18,260 bases of DNA, from positions 1 through 18,260 of the forward strand of contig JALTLO010000080.1 of NCBI GenBank assembly GCA_027001995.1. The letters are read 5' to 3'. The first letter of the stretch is position 1; each line of letters starts with the position of its first letter. This DNA comes from Planctomycetota bacterium. GTDB lineage: Bacteria; Planctomycetota; GCA-002687715; DRQF01. Position numbers and translations under genes: made by a program. The notes beneath the pieces were generated by a model. That model was not told where the DNA came from. It saw nothing but the letters and a program-made list of their open reading frames with translations, and did not search any database. Below are positions 15,545-18,260 of this stretch, one piece after another.

Positions 15545-16567
15545 TCACGATCTTGCTGGGGCACAAGGGATGGTGTCGAATCCCAAAAGTTCCACTCGCG
15601 GACTCAAATAGGTGTCTAAGACTGCTTCCTGGTGCCAGAGGTCTGTGCTTAAGTACTTCTTGTTGCTGTCAGCAAAGACCGTCGCAACCACCGCTTGCTC
15701 TGGAGCCTCGAGGGCCAAAAGAAGTGCTGCCAAGAGGTTGGCACCCGAGGAGATACCGACTCCAATCCCGAGTTCTTTGGCCAATCTTTGGGCCATGATG
15801 ATGGCGTCGCCATCCCAAACGTCAACAATTGAATCCAAGGTAGAAAGATCAACGATGCTGGGGATGAACTCATCGCTGATGCCTTGAATGCGATGATTGC
15901 CCTGCCGCTCGCCGGTCCGCATGGTAGGAGAATTCGCTGGCTCCATGGGGTGAATCGAAACGTTGGCGAGTTCTTGTTGGAGGAACTTGCCAACGCCCAT
16001 CACGGTCCCACCTGTCCCCACTCCAGCCACGAAATGGCTGGGCTGCAAGTCAATCGTCGCAAGTTGGGAAAGAAGCTCTGGCCCCGTGGTCTGAAAATGG
16101 GCATCCACGTTGTCTGCATTGTCGAATTGCCGGGGCAAAAATCCCTGGTTGGCAGCCATGTCTTGTTCTGCTTTCTCGATGGCTCCCAAGAATCCTCCTT
16201 CAACTCGCGAGATGGGAATGACCTCGGCGCCAAAACCCTCAATGAGCATGACCCGTTCCCGACTGAGCCAGTCTGGCATGTAGATGCGAACTGGGTGGCC
16301 CATGGCCCGTCCGATGGCTGCAAGGGAAATCCCAGTGTTGCCACTGGATGCTTCGAAGATGGGGGCGCCGGGTTTGAGTTGTCCCGAAAAACGGCCTTGG
16401 CGCAAGATCTGGAGGGCCATGCGGTCTTTGATGCTACCGGTGAGATTGAGAGTCTCAAGTTTTGCGAACACCTGAATGGTGCGCTTGTCGACTTTGCACT
16501 GCAAGCGCAATAGGGGGGTGTGACCTATGAGGTGGTCGAGGCTCGAAAAGGGAGTGAGTTTGTTCAT
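15545..16567 (-). CDS. PLP-dependent cysteine synthase family protein (CysK/CysM-like)
   Basis: IGHTPLLRL, AKLETLNLTGSIKDR (PLP lysine), EASSGNTGISLA, QFDNADN...H...TGPE, AGVGTGGT, HRIQGI, GISSGAN, DSNKKYLST; AAGGAG SD. The exact subfamily is not resolved. Confidence 0.92.
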   Translation of the reverse strand: MNKLTPFSSLDHLIGHTPLLRLQCKVDKRTIQVFAKLETLNLTGSIKDRMALQILRQGRFSGQLKPGAPIFEASSGNTGISLAAIGRAMGHPVRIYMPDWLSRERVMLIEGFGAEVIPISRVEGGFLGAIEKAEQDMAANQGFLPRQFDNADNVDAHFQTTGPELLSQLATIDLQPSHFVAGVGTGGTVMGVGKFLQQELANVSIHPMEPANSPTMRTGERQGNHRIQGISDEFIPSIVDLSTLDSIVDVWDGDAIIMAQRLAKELGIGVGISSGANLLAALLLALEAPEQAVVATVFADSNKKYLSTDLWHQEAVLDTYLSPRVELLGFDTIPCAPARS

Positions 16568-16695
16568 GAAGAACTCCTTTCCTCATGGGATAGCATGGGT
16601 GATCTGGGGTTGCAAACGGGCAGGACGTCGCGGAAGTGGGGGGGTGTCATCGAGAGAGCCCGATAGAAAACTGGGGTCCCCCGCTCATGTTGGAT

Positions 16696-16774
16696 TGTGG
16701 ATAACTCTGAGCCGAGATCCCAAGTGCATGGCTAGTCCCGCCTTGGGGCATGGGATGAAATAGAGTTATCCAGA
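16696..16774. promoter_or_regulatory. Inverted pair of DnaA boxes upstream of dnaB
   Basis: TGTGGATAA at 16696-16704 (perfect TTATCCACA on the minus strand) and TTATCCAGA at 16766-16774 (one mismatch). Confidence 0.65.
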
Positions 16775-16842
16775 AGCGCTAACAGCCCTCGTGAAGGAAG
16801 GTCAGTCGTGGTAAAAATCGCGTCTTGATGCAGGAGTGATTG

Positions 16843-18240
16843 ATGAACGACCCAGCCTTTGAGCCCATGATTGACAACGAACACGAACTCTTGGTTCGTA
16901 AGCCACCTCAGAACTTAGAGGCCGAAGCTTGCGTCTTGGGGTCGGTCATGCTCGAGAATGACGCTGTGGGCGTTGTCTCTGAAGAGATCAAGGCCTCGGA
17001 TTTCTATGATCGAGACCACCGCTCCATTTTTGAAGTGATCTTAGAGCTCTATGAAGAGAATCGTCCTGTCGATGCGGTGACCGTCAAGGATCGCCTTTCA
17101 GCTCAAGGCAAGCTCGATGCCATGGGCGGCCTTTCTAAGCTTGTGTCCATCATGGAGTCGGTTCCGTCAGCAGCCCATGCGGCGGACTATGCTGCAATTG
17201 TGAAGGACCGCTCGGTGAAGCGTCAGCTTATCTCCGTAGCCAATAAGGTCCTGCGCCAAGCCTATGGGGAGCGAGGAAAGAAGGACGAGCAACAGGGGCA
17301 AAAAGCAGAAGACGTGATTGAGTTCGTCGAGTCAGAAGTCTTCAAACTGGCGGAGAATCGCGCGGCCAACGAGCCAACAGAGATGAAGAAGGTCTTGGAG
17401 AGCACCGTGAAAATGGTGGAAGAATTCTCCAAGAACCAAGGTAAGATGACCGGTTGCGCCACGGACTTCTATGATCTAGATGCGAAGACCGGAGGCTTTC
17501 AGGGGGGTGACCTCATCATCTTGGCTGCTCGCCCATCTGTAGGGAAGACCACCTTCTCTATTAACTGTGCCATGAACATGGCGGTTCGTCATAATAAGTG
17601 CGTGGCCTTCTTCAGTTTGGAAATGTCAAAAGAACAAATTGCCACCAATATGCTTTGTGCTCTTTCCGAAGTGAAGGGTGATCATGTTCGTAAGGGAAAT
17701 CTCAGCGAGTCGGAGTGGGCAAAGATTGTTCAAGCAGCGGGTAAGCTCCATGATGCTCCCATTTTTATTGACGACACACCGGGGTTGTCGCCGACCATCT
17801 TGCGGGGCAAGGCGCGACGGCTCAAACGCCGTCACAAGATCGACGCCATTGTGATCGATTACTTGCAACTCATGGATTGCGCCAATGCTGAAAACCGCCA
17901 ACAACAAATCTCGACGATTTCTCGTTCCCTCAAGGCCTTGGCTCGTGAGCTGGAAGTACCCATCATCGCCTTGTCCCAGATCAACCGGGCGGCGGAAAAG
18001 GAAGAGCGGAAACCAAGGATGAGTGACTTGCGAGAGTCTGGTGCGATTGAGCAAGATGCTGACCTCATTATGTTTCTCTACGACCCCAATTATCAGAACG
18101 CTGATCCGGAATTCGATGAATCGAATGGGCGGGAAGTTGAGCTTATTTTGGCGAAACAGAGAAACGGTCCTACCGGGATGGTGCCACTGCTATTTTGTCG
18201 TGAAATCATGAAGTTCAGGTCACGGGCCAGAAATTTTTGA
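16843..18240 (+). CDS. dnaB: Replicative DNA helicase (no intein)
   Basis: PPQNLEAEACVLG, DLIILAARPSVGKT, FFSLEMS, IFIDD, IVIDYLQLM, ISRSLKALAREL, ALSQINR, DLRESGAIEQDAD, AKQRNGPTG. AGGAG SD 6 nt before ATG 16843. Confidence 0.98.
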   Translation: MNDPAFEPMIDNEHELLVRKPPQNLEAEACVLGSVMLENDAVGVVSEEIKASDFYDRDHRSIFEVILELYEENRPVDAVTVKDRLSAQGKLDAMGGLSKLVSIMESVPSAAHAADYAAIVKDRSVKRQLISVANKVLRQAYGERGKKDEQQGQKAEDVIEFVESEVFKLAENRAANEPTEMKKVLESTVKMVEEFSKNQGKMTGCATDFYDLDAKTGGFQGGDLIILAARPSVGKTTFSINCAMNMAVRHNKCVAFFSLEMSKEQIATNMLCALSEVKGDHVRKGNLSESEWAKIVQAAGKLHDAPIFIDDTPGLSPTILRGKARRLKRRHKIDAIVIDYLQLMDCANAENRQQQISTISRSLKALARELEVPIIALSQINRAAEKEERKPRMSDLRESGAIEQDADLIMFLYDPNYQNADPEFDESNGREVELILAKQRNGPTGMVPLLFCREIMKFRSRARNF

Positions 18241-18260
18241 TATTTCTCCTCCTACCCATC

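Noticed and set aside
16568..16842. oriC call
   Set aside because: Only two DnaA boxes, GC-rich, with no AT-rich unwinding element or DnaA-trio run seen. Kept only as a regulatory hypothesis.
16843..18240. Intein in DnaB
   Set aside because: Normal length (465 aa) with contiguous helicase motifs.
1..18260. CRISPR arrays, IS elements, toxin-antitoxin or defence genes
   Set aside because: No regularly spaced repeats, transposase, nuclease or TA-like ORFs seen. The remaining short ORFs overlap well-supported genes.

Overview
Bacterial core-genome window, probably Planctomycetota. That assignment is an inference from the exported HEAT protein with WxxW(W) capping motifs, the coaE-rho pair and the coiled-coil/BRCT protein. 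Gene order: recG 3' end, lipoprotein, 999-aa exported HEAT-repeat protein (+); rho and coaE (-); then on + a membrane-anchored coiled-coil/beta-domain/BRCT-like protein, tatC with a long C-terminal fusion, cinA, tRNA-Gln(TTG), tRNA-Gln(CTG), glmU, rplY, pth, rpsF, rpsR, rplI; an inverted cysteine-synthase-family gene (-); and dnaB (+). I saw no mobile element, CRISPR array or defence system. The most interesting items are the TatC with a predicted seventh helix and ~180-aa extra domain, the adjacent BRCT-like membrane protein with a prepilin-like N-terminus and a highly structured 5' leader, the absence of prs and ssb from their usual cluster, a perfect 40-bp palindrome, and an inverted DnaA-box pair upstream of dnaB. 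All calls come from reading motifs by eye; no searches were run.
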